A stretch of 64,000 nucleotides of DNA, from NCBI GenBank assembly GCA_002269645.1, contig NIVC01001568.1:1-64000 (forward strand), in the 5' to 3' direction. Both the position numbers and the translations under genes were made by a program. The stretch is from Macrostomum lignano (lineage: Eukaryota). The first letter of the stretch is position 1; the number at the start of each line of letters is the position of its first letter. The notes under the pieces are model-generated. The model saw only the letters and a list, made by a program, of their open reading frames with translations. It did no database searches and had not been told where the DNA came from. Shown here in pieces: positions 37,133 through 49,019 of this stretch.

Positions 37133-40100
37133 ACCTAGTAGCAGCCAGGTACCGTCCGGAATATCTGTCGGCCTCAATGGTGTCTGTCGCAATCCGGTGG
37201 CCGCAGCCTGGCAGTGTGCAGCTCTGGACGAAGAGCTCGCAGTCGCTGCGCATCGGAGGCCACCACACCTTCGTCTGCAGGCGTTTAAGGGTGCGATCGG
37301 CGCCCAGATGACCGGTGGCGCCACTTGAAGGATCGGCCTGCGCAGCGACTCGGGGATGACGATGAGGTCACCGCGGAGTAATACTCCGTCGCTTTCCGAC
37401 AGTTCGCCGCTGATGGACTTGAAGGAGCGCTGGGCTGCCGCTCGCATGTCCCAGCGGCCGGTTTGAATCGCGTTCAGCGCCGCCTGGACGTCCCTGTCGG
37501 TGCGCGATGCTTCCCGAACCTGGTCGAGACTGAAGCCCTTTGGCACGGCCCCGGTCGACACGGCGTTGATGAAGGCGGCGTCGAGCTCTTCACCTACATT
37601 CCGACGCCGCTCTGGCAGTGGCTGCCGACTCAGCAGGTCAGCCGGGTTGGTCGAGCCTGGCCGGTAGAGCAGGTTGAAGCGGAGATGCTGAATGCGCAGT
37701 GCCATTCGCTCGATCCGCGGTGGCGGACGGGAGCCAGGCTTGAAAAGCGGCACGAGCGGTCGGTGGTCCGTCACCACGGTGAAGTCTGGGTCGCCAGCCA
37801 GATAGTGCTCAAACTTGAGACACCCAAATTTGATGGCCAACGCCTCCCGCTCGATCTGCGCGTACCGGTGCTCCACCGGCGAGAGGGCTCTGCTGGCGTA
37901 GGCGACGGGTCTGCTGTTGCCGTCTGGCTGCCGCTGCGTGAGGATGGCGCCGAGGCCGATCGGCGATGCGTCCACCAGGAGCTCCGTGTGCAGCCTGCGG
38001 TCGAAAAAGGCCAGCGTGTCCGCGTCTGAGAATGCCTTCTTGATGCCGTCAAACGCCGCTGTGTGTTTTTCTGTCCACTCCCAGGCTTGGCCCTTCTTCG
38101 TTAGCTGCCGGAGTGGGGCCGCGAGGTCAGCGAAGTTCGGGATGAACTTTGCCAAGAAGTTAGCGGTTCCCAGGAAAGAGCGGACGTCGGCCACGTTGGA
38201 GGGCTCTCGGAAGTTCTGCATGGCGTCAATTTTCTCGGTGGCCGGTTGCATGACCCGGGCGGTCAGGCGCATCCCAAGAAACTCGACAGTCGGCCGGGCG
38301 AACCTGCACTTGTCCTGATTGAGGGTGATCCCGAACTCTCGGAGGCGCTGAAGGCAGGCGTCCAGCCTCTCATGGTGCTGCTTCAGGTCGGAGCCGTATA
38401 CCACCACGTCGTCGTGCGCCCACCGGACGCCGTCGATGCCGCTGAGGATGCCAAGCATGACTCGTTGAAGGATTTCCGAGACATTTGTGAACCCCATGCT
38501 GAGCCTCTTGAGCCGCATCAGTCCGAGGGGCGTGCTGAAGGTGAAGAGGTGACAGCTGCTCTCGTGGACTGGGATCTGATAAAAAGCCTTCCGGATATCG
38601 AGTTTGCTGAACAGCTTGGCGTCTGGCATTTCCTCGGTGATTTCATCCAGCGTGGGGATTTGCTGCTTCTCTGGGATGACGAAAGCGTTGAGATCACGGA
38701 GGTCCTGGCAGATTCGAACGCCACCGTCGTCCTTGGGCACCACCACCATGCGTGACACCCAGGCGCTAGGACCTTTGACTGCCTCAATGATGCCCTGCTC
38801 CTCCAAAGCCTTGAGCTCGTCAACTACGGCCTCTTTCAGGTGCGCCGCCACACGTGAGGGCGCCTGGCAGACTGGAACAGCGTCATCGGACAGCTGGATC
38901 TGGACCTCTACACCCTTGATGCAGCCGATGCCGTTGAAGACTTCTTTGTGTCTCTGCAGGATGGCCTTGAGCTGGGGGTCGCTACACTGCTCGGAGGGTG
39001 TGGTGGCGGCGATGGCATTTATGTTTTGCGGCTTGGTAGCTTCAGGTCGCTGGATCTTCAGCACTCCTAGCTTGAATGCGGGCTGACGCCCCAGTATCGT
39101 CAGGCCGTCGCCGTCCATGATGTGGAAGGTCGCGGTTGTTCTGGCAGATCCCACTTGGATGTCAAGATCGACAGTACCCACAATCCTGAGAGGTGTCGGT
39201 ACCCCGTAGGCGCGAACTTCGGCTCTTGTTGGGCGTGGGCTTGGCAGGCTAAGCGCTCTGAAGGTGCCGAGACTCATGATACTGCAGCTGGCTCCGCTGT
39301 CAATCATCATGGGAAGCTGCCGGTTTGCCACCTGCACAGTCAGTGAGACGTCGGATGGGTATTTGTCGGGGTTGTACAGCGCGAACACATCCTCGATGAC
39401 GGAGCCGTCGGCAGCTGTGAATACAGCATTGGTGCTGATTTGCTGCTGTGGGATCCGGCTGCTGTTTGACTGCCAAGGCTGACGGCAGGCAAGAGCGAGG
39501 TGGTTAGGCTTACCGCAGTTGTGGCAGATCTTGCCCTTGGCAGCGTCGCAGGTAGCGTGGCCTTTCTCGCCGCAGCGGTAGCAGGTGCGCTGCTGCTGGT
39601 CGCCGGGCCTGCTGGTCGTCTGAGCCGGGCCACGCCTCTTCGTTCTCACCTTGTCGCCCTTGGCAACGCTGGCCACGTGCGAGTCTGTCTTCTCCATTTC
39701 GGTACTTTGTTCCTCTGCAGCCTCGAATGCCCTCGCCTTTCGCAAGGCCTCTTCCAGGCTGATGTTCGCCTCCTGAAGCAGCCGCCTGCGCAGCTTGTCA
39801 GAGCTACAGGTTGCCACGAGCTGGTCTCTGATGAGCGAGTCCTTCAGCTGCTCGAAGTCGCACGGCTCTGCCGCAGTGCGCAGTCTGGCGTACCAGGACT
39901 CGATGGACTCTCCGGTGGCCTGGGTGCATAGGCGGAACTGATATCTGGCGAATACTATGTTCTTTCTTCCATTGAAGAATGTCTTCAAAGCGTCCAGCGT
40001 CTGCTTGAGGGTGACTTGGCCGTCCTCTGTGGCCGCTGCAGGCTTGGCCTCCTCGCGGATGATGTCGGCGATTTCCTTGCCTGCTGTGTAGCTGAGTAGT

Positions 40101-40715
40101 TTGCACTTTTGCTTCTCGTTGGTGATGCCTGATGCATCGATGAAGTCTTCAAAGCGGTCCGCCCATTGACTCCAGCGCTTGCCCGCGTTGTGTGGGTCTG
40201 CTGATACTGAGAATGGCTCAGGGGGGGGGGCAGTGAGAAAAAGTTGGCTGCCATGATTTGTTTACCGCGCGGTAGGCGGCTTGCGACGCCACTGTAGAGG
40301 CGAAGCCGAGAGAGAGAAAGTTATGTGTTGTGTGTAGCCGATAAAGCCTCAATCCATTGTAGGCTCTGTGCGATCGATTTATATATTTAGCAGCGACCCT
40401 GCAGTTGAGACTGCGTACATTAAAAACAGAAAGCCAAGAATATTGGATGTACATCGGAAATGCACACCAGGACTAAAAACACTTATTATGCAAGCACTGG
40501 GCAGCAGATGCCTACAAAGAGTTGACCCCATCATACGGTGATCCCCTCAGACAATCCCTGGCATACACCTGGTCAGTGTCGCAAATTCCTTCCGATCTTG
40601 TCCCGCTTTGGGACTGTTTTGTTCTGCATCACATTATTACCCTTCACAGTGACCACATTTAGACCATTTTGTTCAGGACCACAATGCTACCGTTTCGTAA
40701 ATATCGTACAGTATG

Positions 40716-41703
40716 TAGTGTAAGCATCTTTTGTGTAATTTCTGAATTCTATTAGTTAGTTAGCTTCTGTATTATTGTTGATAATTATTGTATTTTGCTT
40801 TAATTTAGTCACGTTTTCGATGTACTTTTTCTTGTTAGTTAGTTTATTTTGCGTAAACAGGTTAGAAGTTAGACGCCAATTCTGTGACTCAGCGGAGGGT
40901 TGAGTTTTTCTGCGAACCCCAGCTTTGCGCGGCCAGCCAATCAGAATCGGCCTGGACCCTGGCACGCGGCAAAATCGCACTCTACCCAGCGCCGAGGGCA
41001 CAGTGCAATTCAGCTTAGCGAGCGGCCGGCCAGACGACCACCACCCGGCTTGAGGGGGGGGGGGGTTTGAGGGTCTGACAGTGACTATATATGAAAGTGT
41101 GTTTGGCGGTCGGATCTCTTCTCTTCTCCCCGGCTTTGGTTTTGTTCCAGCTTCCCGGCCGCTTTGCCCTATTTTTGTGGTTCGCGCTTTGAGGCGCCTG
41201 AGTTCGTCACCCCGGTCCGTGTTTTGCTTCCCTGCCCGACCGCTTCAGTCTTATAGCGTAACGTCTACGGCAAATTTCTGTCTGAAGTCGTCGCTATAAG
41301 CGCGGTTAGATAGAGACTGTCGGATTTGACCAAGTACGTGGCCTCGACCCAGAGAGCCTCAGTGTCACACTGAAGGGCAGCGCTGATAGAACTTAGTCAG
41401 TGCTCCGTTGAACGGTCAATTCGGCAGGGCTCTCGTTTGAGTGTAGGTTCTGGTTTGGGCCAGGGATTAGGAGTTTTTCTCCGTGGTCCCGTGTTCGGTT
41501 CCTTTTCTTCAGCTGAGATCCACTTGCCAATTGCATTATTAATTATTATTAATTGTTTTATCGTTATTATTGGTTCGTTATCATCAGTTCGAATTATCTG
41601 CGCCGCGAATTACGTTAAGAATCTTGTAACTTTATTAAATCTAATTAAATCGTCGAGTAAATCAAATTAATTCATTCTTACTAGGATTATCACTCTCTAA
41701 ATC
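40716..41703 (+). mobile_element. Solo LTR of the same family as the LTR at 60672-61636
   Basis: Colinear similarity over ~1 kb; 4-bp TSD TATG (40712-40715 and 41704-41707); CCAAT and TATATA motifs. Confidence 0.88.
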
Positions 41704-42431
41704 TATGCGACAGGAACCGGTCGATCGAATCCGGAGATTAATGCCAGAATTGGCCAGGCACTATAGTTTGAGGATTGGTAGACGGGCATTCCATCAATGC
41801 CGATTTTGATGTCCAGTTCAATACCTTGCAAACTTTCCGGAAGTAAAATTGAGTTGTTCAATCTTAGCAGGTTGTTTCGCAGAATGAAGCCGATATTTGA
41901 CGCGATGCCTTGGAAGTAGACAAAGTGCCCTACTCCCATTGAATATTTCTGCACACTTTCCTTGCCATCCTTCGTTAGAAAGTAGAGCGACTTGGAGACA
42001 GGCAAACCGCGGCTGTGTAGAGCGTTAAGTAGAAACTGCATGGCTCTGTGAGATAAATTGTAGAGCAGAAAGAGAAACAACAGCTCGTCGTCCAGACTTT
42101 CCATACTGGGCCTTGCTGCATTAGATTCAACGCTTTCATCTTCGTTGTCCATTTCTTCGGCGTCGTTTTCGTCCGAGATAATCAAAGACTCAAGGCACTG
42201 AACTAGGTATCGCGAGTCGAATTCACGATTAGCGGTGTGGCTGTCAGACGAATGAGGGAATTCATCGACTGCAGCTTCGAATTGATCGGCAGAAGACGAT
42301 GGAGGCAATTTTTCGGATTTCGCTCCCAACTGTTCAGCGTTCTTGGGACAGGGTAGATTGTTGGAGAGCCAGTTTCTAAACTGCCGGCTTGGATTTGTGT
42401 CGTCGAAAGTTTTCCTTCGTTTGGACGACAT
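41704..42431 (-). pseudogene. N-terminal fragment of a CMC/EnSpm-like transposase
   Basis: IKIGIDGMPVYQSSNYSAWPILA resembles the first catalytic-Asp motif (IDGLP...WPIL) of animal CMC-type transposases; cut by the solo LTR. Confidence 0.65.
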
Positions 42432-42736
42432 GTTTTGAAAATAAAACGTTAGCACAAATTATGATGATACTGTTGACGACGTGCATTAGTGACTAGTGTT
42501 AGTGTGGATGGGGGGTGGAAATCGAGGAAGCAGCAAAACGGTGAGTACATGGATGTATGGGATTTGGAGCTGGAGGCTTTTAATTGGCCGACAGCCTTCT
42601 CTCCCCTGGCCCTATGCTCACAGCGGCCCATTTCATATACATGGGTTTGGTTTATTCTTCGAGCCAGCAACCATACGCCTACGAGTATCAGTCTAGACTC
42701 TCGATTTTCCTAGTTTCAACACCAAATTTTTCTGTT

Positions 42737-43559
42737 ATGGCTACAAACAAGCTCCGATTTATCGTTTACTTCCCAAGCGATAAGCAAATTCTGGAAGTGT
42801 CGGGTTGCAGCATCTCCCCTGGGGAGTACCAGGACTTCGACAGCGAGGACTGGTCTAAACTAGGTGAACAAGACAAGTATTTTTCGGAACCTATGCTGGT
42901 TCAAGCCGAATATGAAGGTAATTGGTTCGAGGCCGTCATTGTTCAAGTTGTTCTTGACGAGAATACCAGCACGGGGCCCACCATAGCTTTCATTAGAGAC
43001 TTAATTAGGGTAAAACGAAAGTCAATTGATGGCATCCTGCGCAGCATCATCCGCATCAACCATGGCAAGCGACGAAACCGATTTCTAGCAATGTCGGTGA
43101 GTAATTTTTAATGTCTTAGTTCTTGGTATCTTAGTTCCAGATCTCAACCTAGACGCCAATTCAAATTAATTCAATTTTTTTATTCTTTTAATTAATTTAG
43201 TTTTAATTCAAATTAAATTACAGTCAGTGAGAACGTCGGAGGAAGAAAGCGAGGCTGAATCGTGTCTTCGTCGACCAGTCGCTGCGAAGGTGACGACTAG
43301 TGACTCGTCACCCCAGTCATCGCTGCTGAAGCCTTTCAACCCGGCGCTGTTGCTGGCAACTGCGACAACACCGACGCAAAGGCCGCTGACTGAGACTCAA
43401 GCAGCGCCGACACCAAGGCCGTCAACTGCTTCAACAGTTCCCAAATCGCCGATGTCGTCGACACAATGGACGCCGGCACCATCAGGGTCAAGAACGCCAG
43501 CGGCAGCAGATGACGAAGCGGAGCTCTCACTGAGGGAGCCCGAGATGGCACTTAACTAA
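42737..43559 (+). CDS. Second, spliced gene of the same DNA transposon, divergent from the transposase (exons 42737-43096 and 43224-43559; further remains after 47986)
   Basis: MATNKLRFIVYFPSDKQILEV start; GTGAGT donor at 43097; TTACAG acceptor at 43223 keeps the frame into an S/T/P-rich exon. Confidence 0.5.
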
Positions 43560-43743
43560 CATGGCACGGCAAAGGAAGAAGTGCTCAGTACCGGACACGG
43601 TTAAGGACAGGGACGAGGCGAGAACAACGGGAGGACGTAAGTATAGATGGAAGGAAGCGTTGTGCGAAGGATGTGGTAAGAAGATGGCTGCCACTAACAT
43701 GGCACGCCACAGAAAGATCTGCCAAAACTGACCGGACCGGCCC

Positions 43744-46700
43744 TGTTAGCACTGCGATGAACTTTTATTTATTAGAGAATGCACTTTGCTTAGTAGCCGT
43801 CAACGGCTGAGAATCCTATTGATGTCTATGGACATTTGTACAGTTCAATTCGGTGGCTTAAAGAGTTGCCAAAATATAATTGAAAAGACCAAGCGTCTGC
43901 AGAGTTAAGCTAAAGGCTGAGACTCGATCAATTTTCTTACTCGTCCCAAAAAACGAACACTGGCGACGACGGCTGGTCTTATCGAGCCTCTGGAGACAAA
44001 AGCCCCAGCGGAAATTGAGCGCTGGTTCCAACGCTTCGAAGCAGTTTCCAAGCTGAACAAGTGGGATGACACCGCTCAGAAGTTCGCCCTCATCGCACAC
44101 CTCGGCAAGAAGGCCTTCGCACTGTTGGCGGATGCGCTATTGCCAGATAAGCCTGACGCCAAGACCTACGCTGATCTGAAAACTCAGCTGATCAAGGAGA
44201 CGAAAGCGGCGAAATCCGAGATTGCATACCGGTACGCGTTCCATCACCTCAAGCAGGACGACGGCGAAGACGTTTCTGCCTACGCAAGAAGGCTGCGACT
44301 GGGTTCGGAGAACTGCGGCTTTTCAACCGCCGAACTGAATGACCGCCTGCGGGACCAATTTATCTTCGGATTGTCGAACAAGGAGATCGTCAGAAAGTTG
44401 CTCACGGAGAAACTGAAAGATCTGACGTGCGAAAAAGTAACTACGGTGGCCAATGCATGCGAGGCCGTAAGTCGCGGCGAGAGACAAATCTCAGGAGGCG
44501 AAATTCTACATGTCAAGTCAGATCCTCCTTCGACATCGAAAGCCCAGAAGCCAGCGTACCAGAAAAGCGACCAGAAGAACGGCCAATTGCGCCAAGTCAA
44601 GTGCTTCTGCTGCGGCAAGGAAGGACATACAAAGGACCAGTGCCACCACCGGACTAAGACATGCCTTCAGTGTGGTAAGGTTGGTCATCTCAAAGCAGTT
44701 TGCAGGTGCGGACCTAACAAAGGTGGACAACGGCCTTCAACGAGCAACAAATGGTCACAAGGAGGCGGACGGCATCCAAGGAGCAGAGTCAGAGCAATAG
44801 ACGATGCAGCTGATCAAGTCGGGCACATTTTCTCGACGATGACGCCGGAAGATGGTCGTGGAAGCAGAAGGATAACGCGACATGTAGTAGTCAATGGTAC
44901 GAAAATCAAGATGCTACTGGACACCGGGTCGTGCTCAACGTTCGTGTCAAGCTCGGTGTTTCAAAGCCTACTCGAACCAGCAAATGTAAGGCCCACAAGC
45001 AGACGATTCGCTGCGTATCAAGGGGATCCAGTGCTAGTGAAAGGCGAAGCTATTGTGAACGCCAAGCTAAACTCAGTAAGTTCCGACCTAACTCTGTTTG
45101 TGGTGGACAACCCAAAAGCCGAATCTATCTATGGCCTAGATTGGATTGCTGCCCTTGAGCCAGACCTCTACACTTTTATTACAAAATGTACGGTGCCTGA
45201 GGAAGACGGCTCGAATCCTACAACGGCGTGCTCTGTAAAAAGATTTTCTGTATCATTGGTCATTGAGGCGGGAGCAAAGCCCATCTTTTTTAAACCTCGG
45301 CAAATTCCATACGGGATTCAGGACGATGTCAAGGCCGAGTTGAAGAGAATGGAAGAGGCTGGACAGCTCCAGAAGGTGGAATCCAGCGAGTGGGCTACAC
45401 CCATTGTCTGTGTTCGAAAGCAGTCTGGAAAGGTTCGGATTTGTGGTGACTACAAGGTTACCCTCAACCCACTGCTGAAAGACATGGTGTCAACAACGCC
45501 CACAATTGACGAAGTTCTGTCAAAACTAGGCCGTGCCCGCCGATTCTCTACGTTGGACCTATCAAATGCGTACCTCCAAGTACCGGTGGATGAAGACAGC
45601 AGCGTGATGCTGACGTGGAGCACTCCGTTCGGCTTATACAGGCCCACTGCATTGGCATATGGAGTAAAGCAAGCACCAGCAATTTTTCAGTCATTCATGG
45701 ACAGGTTGCTTCTAAACATAGAAGGTGTCATTTCCTACCAAGATGACATTCTTGTGTGGGGTTTCAACCAACAGAGTCATGACAACAGACTGTCCAATGT
45801 GCTTCGAATTTTAAAGGAGAGTGGACTGAGCATTAACGAGGAGAAATGCACTTTTAACAAGCCATCTATCATGTTCCTGGGATATGAGATCAGTGAAAAC
45901 GGCATTCGTCCACCACCAAAGAAAGCCAAGGAGATTGCAGGATTAGAAGAGCCAAAGAATCTCAAGCAGCTGCAGTCATTTATCGGGATGGTCGATTTCT
46001 ACGGACGGTGTATCAAGAATCTCGCGAGCCTGAAAGAACCTCTAACGAAACTGACCAGGTCAGGAACGAAGTGGGCATGGGGCCCAATCGAGCAGAGAGC
46101 CTTTCAGAGCATCAAGGACGAACTACACAATGCAGTCGCTCTCAAGCCTTTTGATCTATCAGATAAGATCGTTCTCACTACTGACGCGTCACCATCTGGA
46201 CTTGGTGCAGTCCTCGAGCAGTCGTCCGGGCCCGTAATATTCATCTCAAAGACTCTAACTCAAGCAGAGCGCAACTATGCTCAAATTGAACGCGAGGCCC
46301 TCGCCATTGTATGGGCTGTGAAGCGCTTACACAAGTATTTACTGGGACACAAGTTCGTCATTCGCACAGACCACCAACCGTTAAAGTTCATCTTTGATCC
46401 TGGCAGATCCTTGTCAACTGTTGCTGCAGCGAGAGTGCAACGCTGGGCAATCACTTTGATGAGCTACGAATACGCCATTGAGTGCAAGAGAACTGCTGAG
46501 ATTCCCGTGGCCGATGCCCTGTCAAGACTGCAGAACAGCACGTCTGAAGGAGAGCAGTTTGACATTAGCTCAGTGCAGGACTGCCTACTAGATTTTCCAA
46601 TCAACAAGGAGCGTTTGAGAAGACAATCGAAAGAGGATTCAGAGCTCCGGAAGTTATTCGCTCAAGTCAAGTTTGGCTGGAATGCAGAAGGACTTCGAGA

Positions 46701-47985
46701 ACTACAACAGTTTAGCCGATTCAGGGACGAGTTAGTCATTGAGAATGGATTGCTGTACAGAGGTATTCGGCTGGTTGTACCAAAGCAGGAGCGTTCTGCA
46801 ACTTTGCGATTGCTGCACGAAGGACACATCGGACCAGAAAAGATGAAATCCATAGCTAGACAATGCGTCTGGTGGCCTGAAGTAGATCGAGACATCGGAA
46901 AGTATGCGAAAGGATGTAGTTCGTGCCAGGAAAACAAGGATCATGGGGCCACCCGACAATGGACTTCGTGGCCGGATGAGACCGAATGCTGGTCAAGAGT
47001 TCACATGGACTACGCAGGGCCTATGAAGGGAGGAAACTACATGTTGGTACTGATTGATGCATTCAGTAAATGGGCTGAAGTTCACGTGACTAAGGGAACC
47101 ACTTCATCTGAGACAATCAAGCGACTGCGAAGAACGTTCGCCCAAGAAGGCGTGCCCGTGACTATTGTTTCCGACAATGGACCTCAATTTGTATCGAAAG
47201 AAATGCAAGGTTGGTTAAAAGGAATCAACTGCCGACATGTTCTCACACCACCGTATCATCCAAGGTCAAATGGACTGGCCGAGCGCTTTGTGAGAGATTT
47301 AAAAAATCACGTCCGAGCCGCTGAAGAAGACGACCTTCAGAGTTGCGTCGACCGGTTTCTGCTTCAATACCGGAACGCGAAACATTCTACGACCGGAAAA
47401 TCGCCCTCTGAGCTGATGAGAGGTCACCTACTTCGCACCCCTGCATTTTCTCTGGCACGTGAGCCAGTCTGGGTGAAAACCTACAACAACGAGATGACAA
47501 AGTGGAAGTCTGGCGAAGTGGTGGCAACAGAGGGAAAGGTTGTGGTCGACGTTGAGCTGGAGGACGGAAGGCGTGGACGCTACCACCGTGAACAGACAAA
47601 GCCAAGGAGTTCCGGTTCCAATGACCTGGTGGAGATGGAGACTGAAGAACATGTGCACACGGATCAAGAGTCTGGTCTTCGGAGAAGTAATCGCCATCGG
47701 CAAGTACCAAGGCGACTTGAGTACCGCAAGCTTGGTGTACCTACCTAGCTGTTAACTAATGGGAAGGAGTGTTAGCACTGCGATGAACTTTTATTTATTA
47801 GAGAATGCACTTTGCTTAGTAGCCGTCAACGGCTGAGAATCCTATTGATGTCTATGGACATTTGTACAGTTCAATTCGGTGGCTTAAAGAGTTGCCAAAA
47901 TATAATTGAAAAGACCAAGCGTCTGCAGAGTTAAGCTAAAGGCTGAGACTCGATCAATTTTCTTACTCGTCCAAAAAAACGAACA
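43744..47985 (+). mobile_element. Intact young Ty3/Gypsy (Mag-like) LTR retrotransposon, 4242 bp
   Basis: 216-bp LTRs (43744-43959 and 47770-47985) with about one difference; TSD GGCCC; PBS TGGCGACGAC at 43961; PPT GGGAAGGAG. Confidence 0.98.
43960..47748 (+). CDS. gag-pol: Uninterrupted gag-pol polyprotein (two CCHC knuckles, PR, RT, RNase H, integrase)
   Basis: CFCCGKEGH..C, LLDTGS, YQDD, TTDAS, HEGH..C..C, MDYAG, SDNG, NGLAE. The frame is open from CTG at 43960. Confidence 0.95.
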   Translation: MATTAGLIEPLETKAPAEIERWFQRFEAVSKLNKWDDTAQKFALIAHLGKKAFALLADALLPDKPDAKTYADLKTQLIKETKAAKSEIAYRYAFHHLKQDDGEDVSAYARRLRLGSENCGFSTAELNDRLRDQFIFGLSNKEIVRKLLTEKLKDLTCEKVTTVANACEAVSRGERQISGGEILHVKSDPPSTSKAQKPAYQKSDQKNGQLRQVKCFCCGKEGHTKDQCHHRTKTCLQCGKVGHLKAVCRCGPNKGGQRPSTSNKWSQGGGRHPRSRVRAIDDAADQVGHIFSTMTPEDGRGSRRITRHVVVNGTKIKMLLDTGSCSTFVSSSVFQSLLEPANVRPTSRRFAAYQGDPVLVKGEAIVNAKLNSVSSDLTLFVVDNPKAESIYGLDWIAALEPDLYTFITKCTVPEEDGSNPTTACSVKRFSVSLVIEAGAKPIFFKPRQIPYGIQDDVKAELKRMEEAGQLQKVESSEWATPIVCVRKQSGKVRICGDYKVTLNPLLKDMVSTTPTIDEVLSKLGRARRFSTLDLSNAYLQVPVDEDSSVMLTWSTPFGLYRPTALAYGVKQAPAIFQSFMDRLLLNIEGVISYQDDILVWGFNQQSHDNRLSNVLRILKESGLSINEEKCTFNKPSIMFLGYEISENGIRPPPKKAKEIAGLEEPKNLKQLQSFIGMVDFYGRCIKNLASLKEPLTKLTRSGTKWAWGPIEQRAFQSIKDELHNAVALKPFDLSDKIVLTTDASPSGLGAVLEQSSGPVIFISKTLTQAERNYAQIEREALAIVWAVKRLHKYLLGHKFVIRTDHQPLKFIFDPGRSLSTVAAARVQRWAITLMSYEYAIECKRTAEIPVADALSRLQNSTSEGEQFDISSVQDCLLDFPINKERLRRQSKEDSELRKLFAQVKFGWNAEGLRELQQFSRFRDELVIENGLLYRGIRLVVPKQERSATLRLLHEGHIGPEKMKSIARQCVWWPEVDRDIGKYAKGCSSCQENKDHGATRQWTSWPDETECWSRVHMDYAGPMKGGNYMLVLIDAFSKWAEVHVTKGTTSSETIKRLRRTFAQEGVPVTIVSDNGPQFVSKEMQGWLKGINCRHVLTPPYHPRSNGLAERFVRDLKNHVRAAEEDDLQSCVDRFLLQYRNAKHSTTGKSPSELMRGHLLRTPAFSLAREPVWVKTYNNEMTKWKSGEVVATEGKVVVDVELEDGRRGRYHREQTKPRSSGSNDLVEMETEEHVHTDQESGLRRSNRHRQVPRRLEYRKLGVPT

Positions 47986-49019
47986 GGCCCGGGACGGGAC
48001 GGCGCGCCTATGCCGCAAGGCGATAAAAAGGCGAGAAGAAGAAGAAGAAGAGCCCGAGATGCTCGAGTTGGACATAAGTACTTTCTTGAAGTCATCCATC
48101 CTTCCTCCCATTCGTTTCTTTAACGTACCTTGCTTCCAACATCTATACCGTCCTTGTTTTCATTCTTGCTCCCAGCCCGAGGAGGTCAGCTCCGGCAGGA
48201 GAAATGCAGTATAAACAAACCCTTTTTGAGTGGGCAGCCAACCTGGCAGCTCGATCACTGGCCGGCCAAGAATTCTGCCGCCAATATGCTGAGCTGGTGG
48301 CGCCTCGTTTCGCCGCACAGCTGGGTTACACTGACTTGCCACCGCCGCTCAAGGCCGTTCTCCGGGAGTGACTCTGAAATTTAAGAAACGATGCGGCTGA
48401 TAATTTGATCCCTTGGACCTTTCAATTGCAATTCTCTGGTTCGGTGCGACAGGCCAATTCGGCCTCACTTTAGCATTTTACTGGGCATTTTGATCAATGT
48501 ATTTTTACCCATCCCTCTGCAACTTTAACGCATCAGGTATTCAGTCCTTGGTAATTCAATCAGGCTTTAATTTCAGGAACCTTTTTATTATACCTTGCCA
48601 ACTCAAATGTATTTTTTTCATTGATGCATCCTTGCCGCGTTCGAGTTTTTATGTTGCCGATCGCTAACGCCAAAAAAACAGCTGTTCACGTACATAATTT
48701 TCCACAAGTATATCGCATGTACCATCCTTGAATAAAATTTTTGTCACTCACCGTTCGTTTTAATAAACGCTGATGCCGTCAGCTTCTTCCGGCTCATCTT
48801 TTAGCTGGAGGAGTGATTGGCCGCAGCCTTTTGCTGCAAGCATAGGGCCGCAGTCACATCTTAGGCACTGCTGTCCGCTGCTAGTATCTGGAATAGGAAT
48901 TTTCTGCTGCCTCCATGCACTCTAAGCAGCCTTCCTTGGCGCTCAGAAGTTGCACAATATGGCGCAATCGAGTCGTCATTATGACTCTTTAACATAGGAA
49001 ATTAGGAAGTTTGCCTAGC

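Larger units (their letters stand above)
34328..40254 (-). pseudogene. gag-pol: gag-pol of the Mag-like element: two CCHC knuckles, PR, RT, RNase H, integrase; frameshifted and split by a LINE
   Basis: CYRCGEKGH..C and CHNCGKPNH..C; IDSGAS; WAHDD; LVDAS; integrase MDFYGP, VTDNG, NGATE; frameshifts near 40225 (poly-G) and ~37310. Confidence 0.93.
33127..40516 (-). mobile_element. Full-length Ty3/Gypsy (Mag-like) LTR retrotransposon with two nested insertions
   Basis: LTRs 40293-40516 and 33127-34210 (interrupted); TSD AAGAG on both sides; PBS-like TGGCGTCGC next to the 5' LTR; PPT GGGGAGAAT; single gag-pol frame. Confidence 0.96.

Noticed and set aside
34258-39931. Many antisense and alternate-frame ORFs within the Mag-like element and LINE
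   Set aside because: Shadows of GC-rich coding sequence and of the 24-bp repeat.
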